From the NCBI RefSeq assembly GCF_036365525.1, contig NC_090415.1, forward strand, positions 2,232,001-2,296,000: DNA of 64,000 bases. The letters run 5' to 3'. The DNA is from Heterodontus francisci (lineage: Eukaryota). The first letter of the stretch is position 1; every line of letters begins with the position of its first letter. A program made the translations under genes and the position numbers. Under the pieces are notes generated by a model, which saw only the letters and a program-made list of their open reading frames with translations, ran no database searches and had not been told where the DNA came from. This document shows, piece by piece, positions 22,954-56,999 of this stretch.

Positions 22954-24397
22954 ATGGCAACAACAATCCACGAGCGGATTAAGACCTACAAGACGGCGCC
23001 GTTCGACGCCCGGTTTCCGAACACCAACCAGACACGGAACTGCTTCCAAAACTACCTGGGTGAGGGTGAGGGCGAGGGCGGGGAGGTGGGTTTGGACAAG
23101 GACGGAGGGACACAGTGCAAGGCAGCTCAACAGTTCGCCCCCCCCCCCCCCCCCACCTTTCTGAAGCCGGAAGGCTGGGCGGCTTCTTCAGTAATCTGCA
23201 ACGTCTCGTGGGTGCGTTGGGCTCGAGCGAGGCTGTGCTCAGATCTAAAACGATCGTTGGATTAATCGAGCTGGTGTCTGCTGTCTCTCGGCCTGATTTC
23301 TAAACCCCTAGTGTATCCAGTCCTGGATATAAAAAGTCAGCCTTCCTTTTAGCCTTTTTAAACTTTTTTTTTATATCTGACTTTTTTTTAAAAAAATATG
23401 CATGCATGCACCTTCTCCATGTTCCCAGCCTCCATTTACCAAAGGCGATTAAGACACTGGAGAGAAGATGCGAAACAAAAATTCACCGACTATACCAGAT
23501 CACGGAAGATTGAGAAGGCTGAGGGGTGACCTGATAGAGGGTCTTGAAGATTATGAAGGGGCTTCGATAGGGTCGACGTAGAGAAGATGATTCCGCTCGG
23601 GGGCGAGACTGGAACTAGGGGACCGTCAATATAAGATAATCACTTATAAATCCCGTGGGGGGAAACTCGGGAGAAACGTCTTCTCCCAGAGAGTGGGGAG
23701 AATGTGGCACTCACGACCACAGAGAATGGGTCACAGCAAATCACAGAGATGTATTTGAAGTGACGACACTGGGAGTGGTACTGGTGGGGTAACAGGTCAT
23801 CAACTAACCGTAGTCTCTCTGCAGATTACCACAGATGTCAGAAAGCCTTGTCGGCGAGTGGGAAGGACGTCTCCCTGTGCGAGTGGTACCACAAAGTCTA
23901 CAAGTCCCTTTGCCCCATGTCTTGGGTAAGGAGGTGTCTACTCCCAAGTGTTCAAAAGTGGGCTTTTCGGAGATCTCAACCAGACGCGTTCCGGGGTCCT
24001 GTGAGAGATTTGAGCTCCATAAACCAGGCCGACACTCCCCGGTGCCAGTACTGAGGGAGTGCTGCACTGTTAAAAGGTGTTGGGCAGAGAGGCAGACGCT
24101 CGTTCTGTTTTGCCCTCTTTGCATTGGGAGGCTCTGAGCGGGGGAGTTTGTGTCCTGGGAAATGTAGAGTGCACCCAGTGACTATCCCCTCCTTTATCTC
24201 CCCTCCCTCTGGCATCCTGTGCCGTGGATGTAAAGGGAGGGCCCCTGGAGGTGTTTGAGAACCAGGCAGTCAGTTTTTACAAGCATGTGTGGCTTTCACT
24301 GCAGTCGTCTCTCCTAATTCTTTTGTCCTCTCTCCCACCGCAGATAAACAAGTGGGATGACCAGCGCGATTCGGGAACCTTCCCTGGAAAGATTTGA
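22954..24397 (+). CDS. COX6B2: Cytochrome c oxidase subunit 6B, 86 aa (COX6B2-like by synteny). Coding exons: 22954-23059, 23825-23925, 24344-24397
   Basis: [86 protein letters not shown], with four conserved Cys. Exons of 106/101/54 nt with GT-AG boundaries. AATAAA at 24576. The family is certain; the paralogue (B1 vs B2) is inferred. Confidence 0.85.
23430..23765 (+). mobile_element. Degenerate CR1 3' fragment in a COX6B intron
   Basis: GAAGGCTGAGGGGTGACCTGATAGAGG (RRLRGDLIE motif). Confidence 0.7.
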
Positions 24398-25069
24398 CCA
24401 GTCGGTTCCACCAGCTGAAGGGGCGACAGTATTTCCCACAAATGTTCTTCGCTCCCCACCTCCAGGAGGGACATGGCAAAGCTGGGAGAAGCCTGCCCTC
24501 CCTCACCCCCCCCTACAACCTCTCGAGCCTGATCAGCTCTGTGGGTCTGTCTCTGCTTCGTCTGTTACATTGAAAAATAAAGGCTCCTGGGCAGCCCGTT
24601 GTACAGTGAACCTAACCGGCCTGCTCTGCTGTGTTTCCTGACTCTGGTGCGGAGGGCGGGTCAAAAAAATGCTCACGCTGCAGAGCTACTTGGAACAGGC
24701 CAATCCCACCCCCTTTCTCCAGCTTCAAAGGAGTGAGTTTGATCCTCTGCAGAATTGATTCTGCGGTTACAGAGAGGAGGTAAATTCATCCCCGAGACTT
24801 ATACAGGAACAGGAGGCAGCTAACTCAGCCCCTCACGGCTGTTTCCACCCCCCCACTGAATGTTGGACATTTCAATGAGTATGCTTCTCATTCATAGTTC
24901 CTGGAGTTATCAGCCCCCCCATTCTACTGAAGCCAGTTCAGAGCTGTCATTAGCATCTGACTGTTATCTTTCCTGACTTTGAAAGGTACAAGCTGTGGCT
25001 GTGGGGAGCTCCCTCCTCCAGCAGCGAGACCCAGTTCGCTGGCTAGATCTCCATAATCCGGGCCAACAC

Positions 25070-25872
25070 AACAAAGAACAGTACAGCATAGGAACAGGCC
25101 ATTCGGCCCTCCAAGCCTGCGCCGATCTTGATGCCTGCCTAAACTAACACCTTCTGCACTTCCGGGGTCCGTATCCCTCTATTCCCTTCCTATTCGTGTA
25201 TTTAAGATGTCTCTTAAACGTTGCTATCGTATCTGCTTCCACCACCTCCCCTGGCAGCAAGTTGCAGGCACTCACCACCCTCTGTGTAAAGAACTTGCCT
25301 CGGCACATCCCCTCTAAACTTTGCCCCTCTCACCTTAAACCTCTGTCCCCTAGTAACTGACTCTTCCACCCTTGGGGGGGAAAAAGCTTCTGACTATCCA
25401 CTCTGTCCATGCCGCTCATAACTTTGTAAACCTCTATCATGTCGCCCCTCCACCTCCGTCGTTCCAGTGAAAACAATCCGAGTTTTTCCAACCTCTCCTC
25501 ATAGCTAATGCCCTCCAGACCAGGCAACATCCTGGTAAACTTCCTCTGTACCCTCTCCAAAGCCTCCACGTCCTTCTGGTAGTGTGGCGACCAGAATTGC
25601 ACGCAATGTTCTAAGTGTGGCCGAACTAAGGTTCTGTACAGCTGCAACATGACTTGCCTATTTTTATACTCTATGCCCTGACCGATGAAGGCAAGCATGC
25701 CGTATGCCTTCTTGACTACCTTATCCACCTGCGTTGCCACTTTCAGTGACCTGTGGACCTGTACGCCCAGATCTCTCTGCCTGTCAATACTCCTAAGGGT
25801 TCTGCCATTTACTGTATACTTCCCACCTGTATTAGACCTTCCAAAATGTATTACCTCACATTTGTCCGGATA
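25070..25872 (-). mobile_element. CR1 LINE 3' portion (ORF2 C-terminus plus tail), cut by the gap
   Basis: [41 protein letters not shown]; TCTTTGTT-type tail. Confidence 0.9.
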
Positions 25873-26072
25873 NNNNNNNNNNNNNNNNNNNNNNNNNNNN
25901 NNNNNNNNNNNNNNNNNNNNNNNNNNNNNNNNNNNNNNNNNNNNNNNNNNNNNNNNNNNNNNNNNNNNNNNNNNNNNNNNNNNNNNNNNNNNNNNNNNNN
26001 NNNNNNNNNNNNNNNNNNNNNNNNNNNNNNNNNNNNNNNNNNNNNNNNNNNNNNNNNNNNNNNNNNNNNNNN
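25873..26072. other. Exactly 200-N scaffold gap
   Basis: Round-number gap with unrelated sequence on each side. Confidence 0.95.
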
Positions 26073-26337
26073 TCTCTGCAGTTACTTGTCCCCACCTCCT
26101 CCTCGTTGCCTTGGGTTGGGTCTCCCCCGGTCGTGCCCTTTTGGCTCGCTTCTTGCGAGGGCTTTCCGACCCGGACATCTGTGAGTCAGGCGATTCCTCG
26201 TGATCCTTGCTGACCTTTTTACTTCTCGGCGGCCTTTCTCTGAATCGGTTTTCTGGGAGCAGTCGTGTGCGTTCTCTCTCTCTCTCTACCTGCACCCGCT
26301 GCCACCATTGGTCCTCTCGTGGGAGGGCGAAACGCAT
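26073..26337 (-). CDS. Candidate N-terminus of an unidentified basic, NLS-like protein antisense to EPN1; runs into the N gap
   Basis: Strong minus-strand acceptor at 26471, ATG at 26337 (second ATG at 26178), open to the gap: ...MSGSESPRKKRAKRARPGETQPKATRRRWGQVTAE. Confidence 0.35.
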
Positions 26338-26691
26338 TGTTCGTCGGGATGTTGCGCGCCACCCCCCCCCCCCCCCCCGCAGTCTCCGCTCTTGGGAAAA
26401 AAAAAGCTTGGAGCTGGTTTCGTCAACCAAAGCCCTGTCACGCCTTGAAGCTGAGTTGAGGGGAGGTCACCTGACTCTCAAAGCAACGTCAGAGAAAAAA
26501 AAATCCGCAGTTTATAAAACGTGACCCTTCTACAAAGTCCACTGTTCCTAACGCGCCCGGCCGTAACATTGCATTTGTATAGTGCCTTCGACCACTCCAG
26601 CAGCCCCGGAGGGTTTGGGGGGGGGGGGTTAGGGGTTTCGAGGGACCCAGCGCGCTTTCCTCCTCACGCCCTGCTGTGTTGCTCACCACAG

Positions 26692-29600
26692 GAAGAGCGA
26701 CTCCGGAGAGGGGACGACTTGCGTCTGCAGATGGCCATTGAAGAGAGTCAGAAGCAGAACTCGGTCGTGCCGAGGACAGGCGAGGTAGGTCCCTCCGACT
26801 CTGCTGTATTCTCCGTAACCCTGGCCGACGCTCCCCCCCCCCCCCCCCCCCCACCCCCGGTGCCAGTACTGAGGGAGCGCTGCACTGTCGGAGGGGGATG
26901 TATATACTCTCGGACTTGAGTGAGCTGATTGGCAGTTTCGGCCCTCCGACCCTGTGAACTCTGACCTCGTCTAACCCCTTGTCTCTCTCTCTCTCTTTTC
27001 CAGTCTTCTCTGATGGATTTGGCAGGCGTCTTCACGGCCTCCGCCCCAGTGGCAGCCAGTGACCCCTGGGGAGGGGTGCCCTCCGACCCCTCCCCTGCCC
27101 CCGTCCCGCTCGTCCTGCCCGTCGCCGATCCCCTGGGGGGCGCCGCCGGTGGTCGCGGCCCCCGACCCCTGGGGTGTCGCCCAGGTACCCCCTCCAGGAC
27201 CCGCCGGGGGCGAATCTTGGGGCCCCGCCCCGCTGGCAACAGCTGTCTCCAACTCCTGGGACTCTCTGGGTAAGGTGGTCACCCCACCGTTTAAGAAAGG
27301 TGGGAGCGAGTAAACGGGGAACTACAGACCTGTTAGTTTGAACGTCAGCAGCAGGGAAAATGCGAGAATCTATTCTAAAGGATGTGAAAACATCGGGAAT
27401 AATGATCTGATTGGGCAGAGTCAACGTGGATTTATGAAAGGGAAATCATGTTTGGCAAACCTCTTGAGAGTTTTTTTTGGGGTGTAATTAGGAGAACAGA
27501 TCTGGGAGAACTGGTGGATGTAGTACATTTAGATTTTCAGATAGCTTTTGATAAGATCCCACACAGGAGTGAGCAGAATTAGAGCACATGGGATTGAGAA
27601 TTGGTTAACAGAAATCAGAGTAGGGATAAACGGGCCATTCGCAGGTGCAACAAGCAATTAGGACGGTAGGTGATATGTTGGTCTTCAGATCGCAAGGGGT
27701 TTTGAGTACAGGAGTGAAGATGTCTTGGTGCAACTGTATAGAGCCTTGGTGAGACCGCACCTGGAGTATTATGTACAATTTTGGTCTCCTACTCTAAAGA
27801 GGGATATTATTGCCATAGAGGGAGTGCATCAGAGATTCACCAGACTGATTCCTGGGATGGTGGGACTGTCCCAGAGGGATTGAGGAGACTGGGCCTGTAT
27901 TCTCCAGTTTTGAAGAATGAGAGGCCGTCTCATTGAAACCGACAAAATGCTTCAAGGGCTCGATAGGGTTGACGCAGGAAGGATGTTACCCCCTGGCTCC
28001 GTGAGTCCAGAACCAGCGGACACAGTCTCAATAAGGGGACAGGCCATTTAGGACTGAGATGAGGAGGAATTTCTTCACTCGGACGCTGGCGAGTCTTTGG
28101 AATTCTCTGCCCCAGGGGGATGTTCGTCAAGTGGGGTTTGGAAGGGGTTGAAGGGCTTCACTGGAGACCGTAACCCCCAACTGTGGGCACCGCTCATTCT
28201 GTCTGTCTTTTTCTCTCTGCTTCCTTCCAGGTACCCAGGCCACCATTACTGTGCCTTTGGAGCCCTGGGCCCAGCTCTCCGCGCCCGCTGCCCAGGCTGT
28301 GACGTCCGTCGACCCCTGGGCGCCGATGCCCCAGCTGACTCCGGCCTCGGCGGTCACACCACCTCCCAGTGACCCCACAGGTACTGAGCCGGGGAGCGGC
28401 GGGTGGTGCGGTCACAGTCTCAGGATAAGAGGTCAGTCATTTGGGGCCAAGTCGGGGTGGGGGGTGGAATTTCTTCACTCCCGAGGAATTCCCTCTGCGG
28501 GAGAGAGCCGCGGAAGCTCAGCCGTCGGGTATATTCGAGACGGAGACGGAGGGATCTTTGGGCGCTGGGGAATCGAGGGATATGGGGGCTCGTCCGGGAT
28601 GTGGAGTTGAGGTGGAAGATCGTTCGGGCACAGATTGAATGCTGGGGAGGGGAGGGAGCGGGCTTGAGGGGTCGACTGCCCCTGCTGTATCCCGTGTTGA
28701 CCTCACCCTCTTCTCCTCCTCCTCTCAGCGAAGCCGACCTTTGACCCCTTCGCGCCGCCCAGAGTGGCCAGCGACGATTTTTCGGACTTCGATGCCTTGA
28801 GGGCGCCCGCGGCAATGCCGGAGAGTGGTGCAGGTTTGTCTCACATTTGTCCTGCCTTCCCCGCCCCCCCCCCACCCCCCCTCTCCCCATAGACCCACCG
28901 CGTGCTTATCGTATTCTGTATGCGTCGGACAAAATTTGCCACCCCCAGTATTTACCCGGTTCCCCTTCTGAGAGTCCTTTCGGGCAGCGAGTTCCCAGAT
29001 CACAACAACTCCCTGCGTCGAATAATGTTTCCTTGTCTCCCTCCCTCCCCGGTTCTCTCACCAATCGCCCATCGATGTGTCCCTCCGGGTTGCTTCTTCT
29101 GCAGGGGAGCCGGACCTGTTGGCGGGCGAGGTGCCCATGCCTCGCTCGGACGGGGGCAGGAGTCCCGACCTCTTCGACCTCTCCGGGATGGGAGGCGCCC
29201 TGCCGGAGACGCCCAGCTCCAAGCAAACAGTGGCCGCCCGCAAGACGCCGGAGTCCTTCCTGGGACCGAACGCCGCCCTCGTGGATCTGGACGCCCTGGT
29301 CTCCAACAACAGCAGCGTCAAGACCTCAAACCCCTTCCTCTCTGCAGGTAAGGCTCGTTTTCGTTCGCGAATGAAGCTTGAGGGAAGCCCGTAATTCCCA
29401 CCACCCACCCGGGGGGGGGGGGGGCCTTGGGCCTTGACGCAGCTGGGGAGGGGGGAGATTTTGGTGCCTCTCACGTCCACCGTGAGCAATGCCACGGAGG
29501 GGTGAGCTCATGGCGAGCAATCGTGCGTGCCCGTCTCACCGCATCCAGCAGAGAGTGCTGGAGAGCAAGGCCGAGGCCGAGCCCAAATCCTAGATCCAAA

Positions 29601-30066
29601 TCCCCCACCAAGACTGCCCGCACAGAGAGATGGGGTGAATGCGGTGGGGGTGGGGTGGGGGGGGGGGGGGGGGGGGGGGGAAGGAGTTTGCATGTGGGGG
29701 GGGGGGGAGGTGCCTGTTAGTCAGGGCCGTCTCTAACCTGTTTATTGTCTCTTTTCCCCCCCGCCCCCACCGACAGGAGGACCAGCGACCGCCTCGGCGA
29801 CCAACCCCTTCGGGGCCGCGCCCCCCCAGACCCTGTCCCTCAACCAGCTGCGGGCCAGCCCCGTGTCAGCCCCGCTGGCGCCCCTGCCTGCCGCCGGCCA
29901 CCCCTGCGTCTCGCCCCTGGTGCCGACCCTGGCGGCCACCTCCCCCGGCCTGCCCCTCCACCTGGCCCCGCCCCCCGCCATGCCTCCCCTGGTCGCGTTG
30001 CCCGCCGCCCAGAATGGCTTCGTCTCGCAGCCGGTCGGCGGCACCACGAACCCCTTCTTGCTATAA
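26692..30066 (+). CDS. EPN1: Epsin-1, 3' part only (UIM, DPW region, clathrin box, three NPF motifs). Exons: 26692-26784, 27004-27269, 28231-28380, 28729-28833, 29105-29347, 29777-30066
   Basis: EERLRRGDDLRLQMAIEES, SSLMDLA, DPW repeats, DDFSDFD, GEPDLLAGEVP, RKTPESFLGPNAALVDLDALV, NPF x3 ending TNPFLL*. One extra C near 27131. ENTH exons are not in the window. AATAAA at 31669. Confidence 0.92.
27280..28140 (+). mobile_element. Degenerate, internally deleted CR1 RT fragment in an EPN1 intron
   Basis: Motifs GNYRPVSL, DFQ.AFDK.PH and LVRPHLEY at the nucleotide level. Confidence 0.8.
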
Positions 30067-31739
30067 CGGCACGCCTCAGCCCCTTCCCTTCCACCTCACC
30101 TGTGCCGTTCGTCACCATCGCAAACGGAAAGCCTCTGGACCTTTTCCATATCTTCCCGCTGTCCTTCCCCACCCCACTGATTTGCCTCAACCGCCATCTT
30201 CTCGTCTCCCTCTCTTCTCCCCCCCAACCTCCCGCGTCTTTGCCTCAAGTTAAAATTGATCAACTTCAGAGCCATTTTTCAAGCAGCAACGATTGTCCGG
30301 TGACGAGAAGCGGAGGACGGAATTGCAGAGGCAGTATTTCACGTGGCGTGCGGACGGCGAACGGAAACCGCTGGCGCGTTTCAGCCGCCCTTCACCCCCC
30401 CCCCCCCCCCAGATCCGGCACCGAAGCGTGCGAATCGCCTTTTCCCCCCCCCTTGATGTCGGAGCCTGACCACATCTCCTCGTTGCCCCGGGGCTCGCAT
30501 AGGGAAGGTCAAGACTGCTTGGAGCCTTGGAAAGCTCTCCGCGCAGGGCACGCTCCGCTCTCCTCCCTGCCCTGTTTTTTTTTTGGCAGGGTGATACCCC
30601 AGGGGCGGAATGATCGGGCAATCGGTTCGCGGTCATGCTGTGTTCGGGGGCAATCCGCTGACTGAAAACGGGATGGCCGAACTTTGCAAATCATGTAATT
30701 AAACAGTCGACGTCAATCAGTCGGCTTGTGCTGGGAAGTGAGGAGGGTTTAAACCTATATTGCCTCTTTTTATTTTACAAAATGAATGTACATTTTTATG
30801 ATAATTTATTCTGACAGCTGTTGAATCTTAAATATGAAAAATATATATATATAATATATGTATGTAACAGAACTTTAGCCAAATTAAATCAGCCCATCTC
30901 TCCCGACTTTGTGTTCTCAAATGAGAGCACGGGGCGGGGGTGGGGTTAAATTGAGTCAGTGTACAGCCACGCATCAAATTCTCCTTTTTGAATGCTTCCG
31001 GGTGAGGGGGACACAGCGAGGGTCCGGGAATTCGAGCCCCCGGTGTAAGATTTTTTTTTAAAAAATATATCGCGGATGTGAATATTGTGCGGAGACCGCG
31101 TCCGTTTTGACCTTTTCTCCAGGCCGCGCGGCCTGTAACTTAGAGATTTCTCCCCGGGGGAGTGGGACGGGAAGTGGCGGTGGGGGAGGGGAGAAGATGA
31201 TCTGTACATTTTCCTTTCTGTAAAGACTGCGATAACCCCAATGTTGGGAGTCTCAGTGCAAAAGATGAGAGAAAAAAAAATAAAACAGACCAATGAAAAC
31301 AAAAAGAGACTGTAGAGATGTGTATGTACCCAAGACAGGTGCTGAGATTATTGCACAGATGGTGTGTCCTGTGGCAAGAGGACACGGCCCAGTGATTCGC
31401 AGCAACTGAAAGATGAAGTTTCCGAGGGGGTTACCACACAGGGCAAGAAAGAATATTTCTACATTCGTATGTTTCGTCTTGTGCCAACGTTCAGTTAGCA
31501 TATAAACTTTGTATGTAAACGTCACGCTGCAGTTACATCCTGCTGCTGGGGGGGGGGGTTGCTGTTGGGCCAGGTTTTAAAATGGGGCTAGTAGCCCGAT
31601 TGCCTATTCCTTGTCCTGTGACCCCCTCCCCCGCCTTGCTGGGATTTGAGGCTGTCCGAGAGCAGTCGAATAAAACAGCCGTAAAAAAAAATGTATCATC
31701 TGCGTTTGGACGGGAGGGTGAGAGAGAGCGAGACCTCAC

Positions 31740-33100
31740 CGTTCGGGACGTGGTAGAATTATTATACTGCCGCAAAAAAAGCGACATGGGTGCAATCGGC
31801 GGCCCTCGTTTGGCCTCTGTGCACGGAAGCCTTCGGGGAGGAAAAAAAAAGAGGGGGCAAAGAAGTGAGCGAATGAGACGGGCGAGGGACAGGAAGAGAG
31901 AACCCAGGGTGCTGAGGGGGGGGGAAAAGAAAGGGAGAGCGCGAATGTGTGTGTTGGGGGAGCGAGGCAAGGGTGCAGTGGCTGAACAATGTGGGGGAAG
32001 GAGATCCATTCCCTTGTCTGACACTCTTCCTCGCTACGCTCTGAATTCCCGGGAATACAACCCCGCGTTTGTGTCACCTCTCCTCGTAATTTAACCCACT
32101 TGCGCGTCCGGATGTCGTTCTGGTAAAGCCACGCTGCCCCTCCCTCCAAGGGCAGCGAATCATTCTGGAGGTGCAGTGCCCAGAACCCGCTCCCAGTAAC
32201 TCCCAAGTTTGGTCTAATCCAGGACTGTGCAGCTGAAGCACGACTTTGGAGGACCCCCGACCGATGGCCCGAGCAGAAAACGGAGGGAGAAGTCCAGGGG
32301 CGATTTGCAACTTTTACGTTTTATTTATTTTTTTCAATCTCCTTATAAAAAGAAACAGGCGAAGGGCCAGCGAACGGCTGCAATTCCACATTTTATATAA
32401 AAGATTAAGAACACAGAGAGAGATAGACACACGCACGCACGCGTACATCATTTACTACTTCCTCGCGGTCACTGACGGACTGGGGGGGGGGGATGCTGAG
32501 AATTTTAGTTTTATAAAAAGAGCAAGTTTGCGCACGAAAGTGTTTTGGCGAGGGAGAGGACGTGCGGGTGCGGTTTCTGACCCGGTTCGGCTCCCGTCAC
32601 AAGTCCGCCCTCTCCAGCTCCCTACGCGCCAGAGTTTAAAAACAGGGCGCGAAAGACGCCCGCCCCGAGAGACTCCCGCCTCCGCCCTGAGCGCGGGTTC
32701 CGAGCTGGGGGCAATTCGGCTCGGGCGGGCGTCGCCCCCGCGGTTTTGCTGCCTACCGCGAGCCCTCAGCTAACAGACGCCGGGAACGAGGGCGGGGGCC
32801 AGCCACCCGCGAGACATTCGACTCCTGGGAGGCGGCGCACTCAGCCACGAGGCTGATCCTTGGCGGAAACGGAGGGGGAACGAGGGGCAAGAGACGAGTC
32901 TTCAACGGGAACTCTCGATTGGCGCGGGCAAGTGCGCAAGCGCAGGAACCGTCACGAGGGACACATTCCCAGACCGGGGTGGGAAGGGGCGGGGGGGGGT
33001 CCCGAGAATCCCCGTAAAGGGATTCGGCACCTCTTCGGAAGGCCTCCCGCAGGCGAAATCACTGCACTTCCCCGGCCGCCTCCCCAGCTTTAAAACCGAG
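31740..33100 (-). promoter_or_regulatory. CpG-rich promoter-like region between the EPN1 and U2AF2 3' ends, with a minus-strand splice donor at 31739
   Basis: High CpG density, GC boxes, GATTGG near 32917, TGCGCA half-sites, and CG|GTGAGG donor on the minus strand. Confidence 0.45.
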
Positions 33101-33519
33101 GAAATGTATTTTTTGTCAGAAATTAACTCCTCGCTCGACACAAGGCCCCAGGGGATGAGACCTTGACGTTTGAAACAAGATGTTCTTTTATTAAGAATTA
33201 GTAAAAACAGAAACTGCGCCTCCTTCCCCTGCTCCCTTTCGAAACAAACCCCGTCCCTCCACCACCCCCCACCCCCCCCACCTCTTCGGGCCAACCTGCT
33301 GTCAGCCCTGACCCACGTCATTCTGGGTGACAGTCCTCCGCGGCTGCTGCTTCAGGGGCCTCTCAGTCCCAGGGACGTTGGCTGGCCACTGGGAGAGAGG
33401 CCAGAAACAGGGTGGAGGGGGAAGTGTGTCGAGGCTCTCTAAGGTCACGTCCCTCCAGACTCTGTCTCTCTCTGCACCCAGCTCACTGCAACCAGAGATC
33501 CAGACATGGGGAAAAGAGA

Positions 33520-34130
33520 GAGAGGGGGGGTCGAGGTGGAGAGAGAGAGAGGGAGTCGCGGGGGAGAGAGAGAGAGAGAGAGGGGTTGCGGGGGAGTCGC
33601 AGGGGAGAGAGAGGGGGTCACGGGGGAGAGAGAGCGAGAGAGGGGGTCGCGGGGGAGAGAGACAGAGGGGGGTCGCGGGGGAGAAAGAGAGAGGGGGTCG
33701 CGGGGGAGAAAGAGAGGGGGGGTCGCGGGGGAGAAAGAGAGGGGGGGTCGCGGGGGAGAGAGAGAGGGGGTCGCGGGGGAGAGAGAGAGGGGGGGTCGCG
33801 GGGGAGAGAGAGAGAGGGGGGGGTCGCGGGGGAGAGAGAGAGAGAGAGGGGGTCGCGGGGGAGAGAGAGAGGGGGGTCGCGGGGGAGAGAGAGAGGGGGG
33901 GTCGCGGGGAGAGAGAGAGGGGGGGTCGCGGGGAGAGAGAGAGGGGGGGTCGCGGGTGAGAGAGAGAGGGGGGGTCGCGGGGGAGAGAGAGAGGGGGGGG
34001 TCGCGGGGGAGAGAGGGGGGGGTCGCGGGGGAGAGAGAGAGAGAGGGAGTCGCGGGGGAGAGAGAGAGGGGGGGTCGACGGGGGAGAGGGAGAGAGAGAC
34101 GGGGCCGCGGGGGGAGAGAGAGAGGGTCGT
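33520..34130 (+). repeat. ~24-bp GGGGGTCGCGGGGGAGAGAGAGAG minisatellite in the probable U2AF2 3' UTR
   Basis: More than 20 copies, between the U2AF2 stop (34726) and a minus-strand AATAAA at 33187. Confidence 0.9.
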
Positions 34131-34725
34131 GGGGGTGAATTCCCACGTGTCCCTTGGACGTGAAGCTAACGGCCCTTTTGAAACCCCCTCCCCCCCACCC
34201 CACGGCTTCCAATCAGTCCAGCCGGCTTTCCCGCTGTGGATATCGGGGATTGCCCTCTTCCTCCCCACCAACTTACACGGAGAGCACCCCTCCACCTTCA
34301 GTTCCCCCTGCCCCAGTCGGGACCAGGCGGTCGAGTCCAGCTGGCCCCACCGTCTCTCCCCTCCCTCTACAAAGCAGCCCTGCCCTGCCGTTCAGTACAA
34401 GGACACGTGAAGGCAGCCAGCTCCTCCGCTACACCCTCACCCACTCTGCCGTACACAGCCCTCCCTGCCCGCCACCCCCCACCCTCTCCCTGCCCCCCCA
34501 CCCCCCCCGCAACAGGACGAATATCTGTGGAGAGAAGACGTCACTGAAAAATCAGCGATACGGAAAGCTGCTGGAGCTAAGGGGCCAGTGGGGGAGAGAG
34601 AAAAGAGGAAATAAAGAAATACGAGTGTTTTTTTAAAAAAAAAAATGAAAGGAACAAAGAATGAGATCGGATCTGGAGTCAGCGTCACTCGCCAGGGGGG
34701 ACGAGGGACAGGGAATAGCCAAGTT

Positions 34726-56999
<22,274 letters not shown>

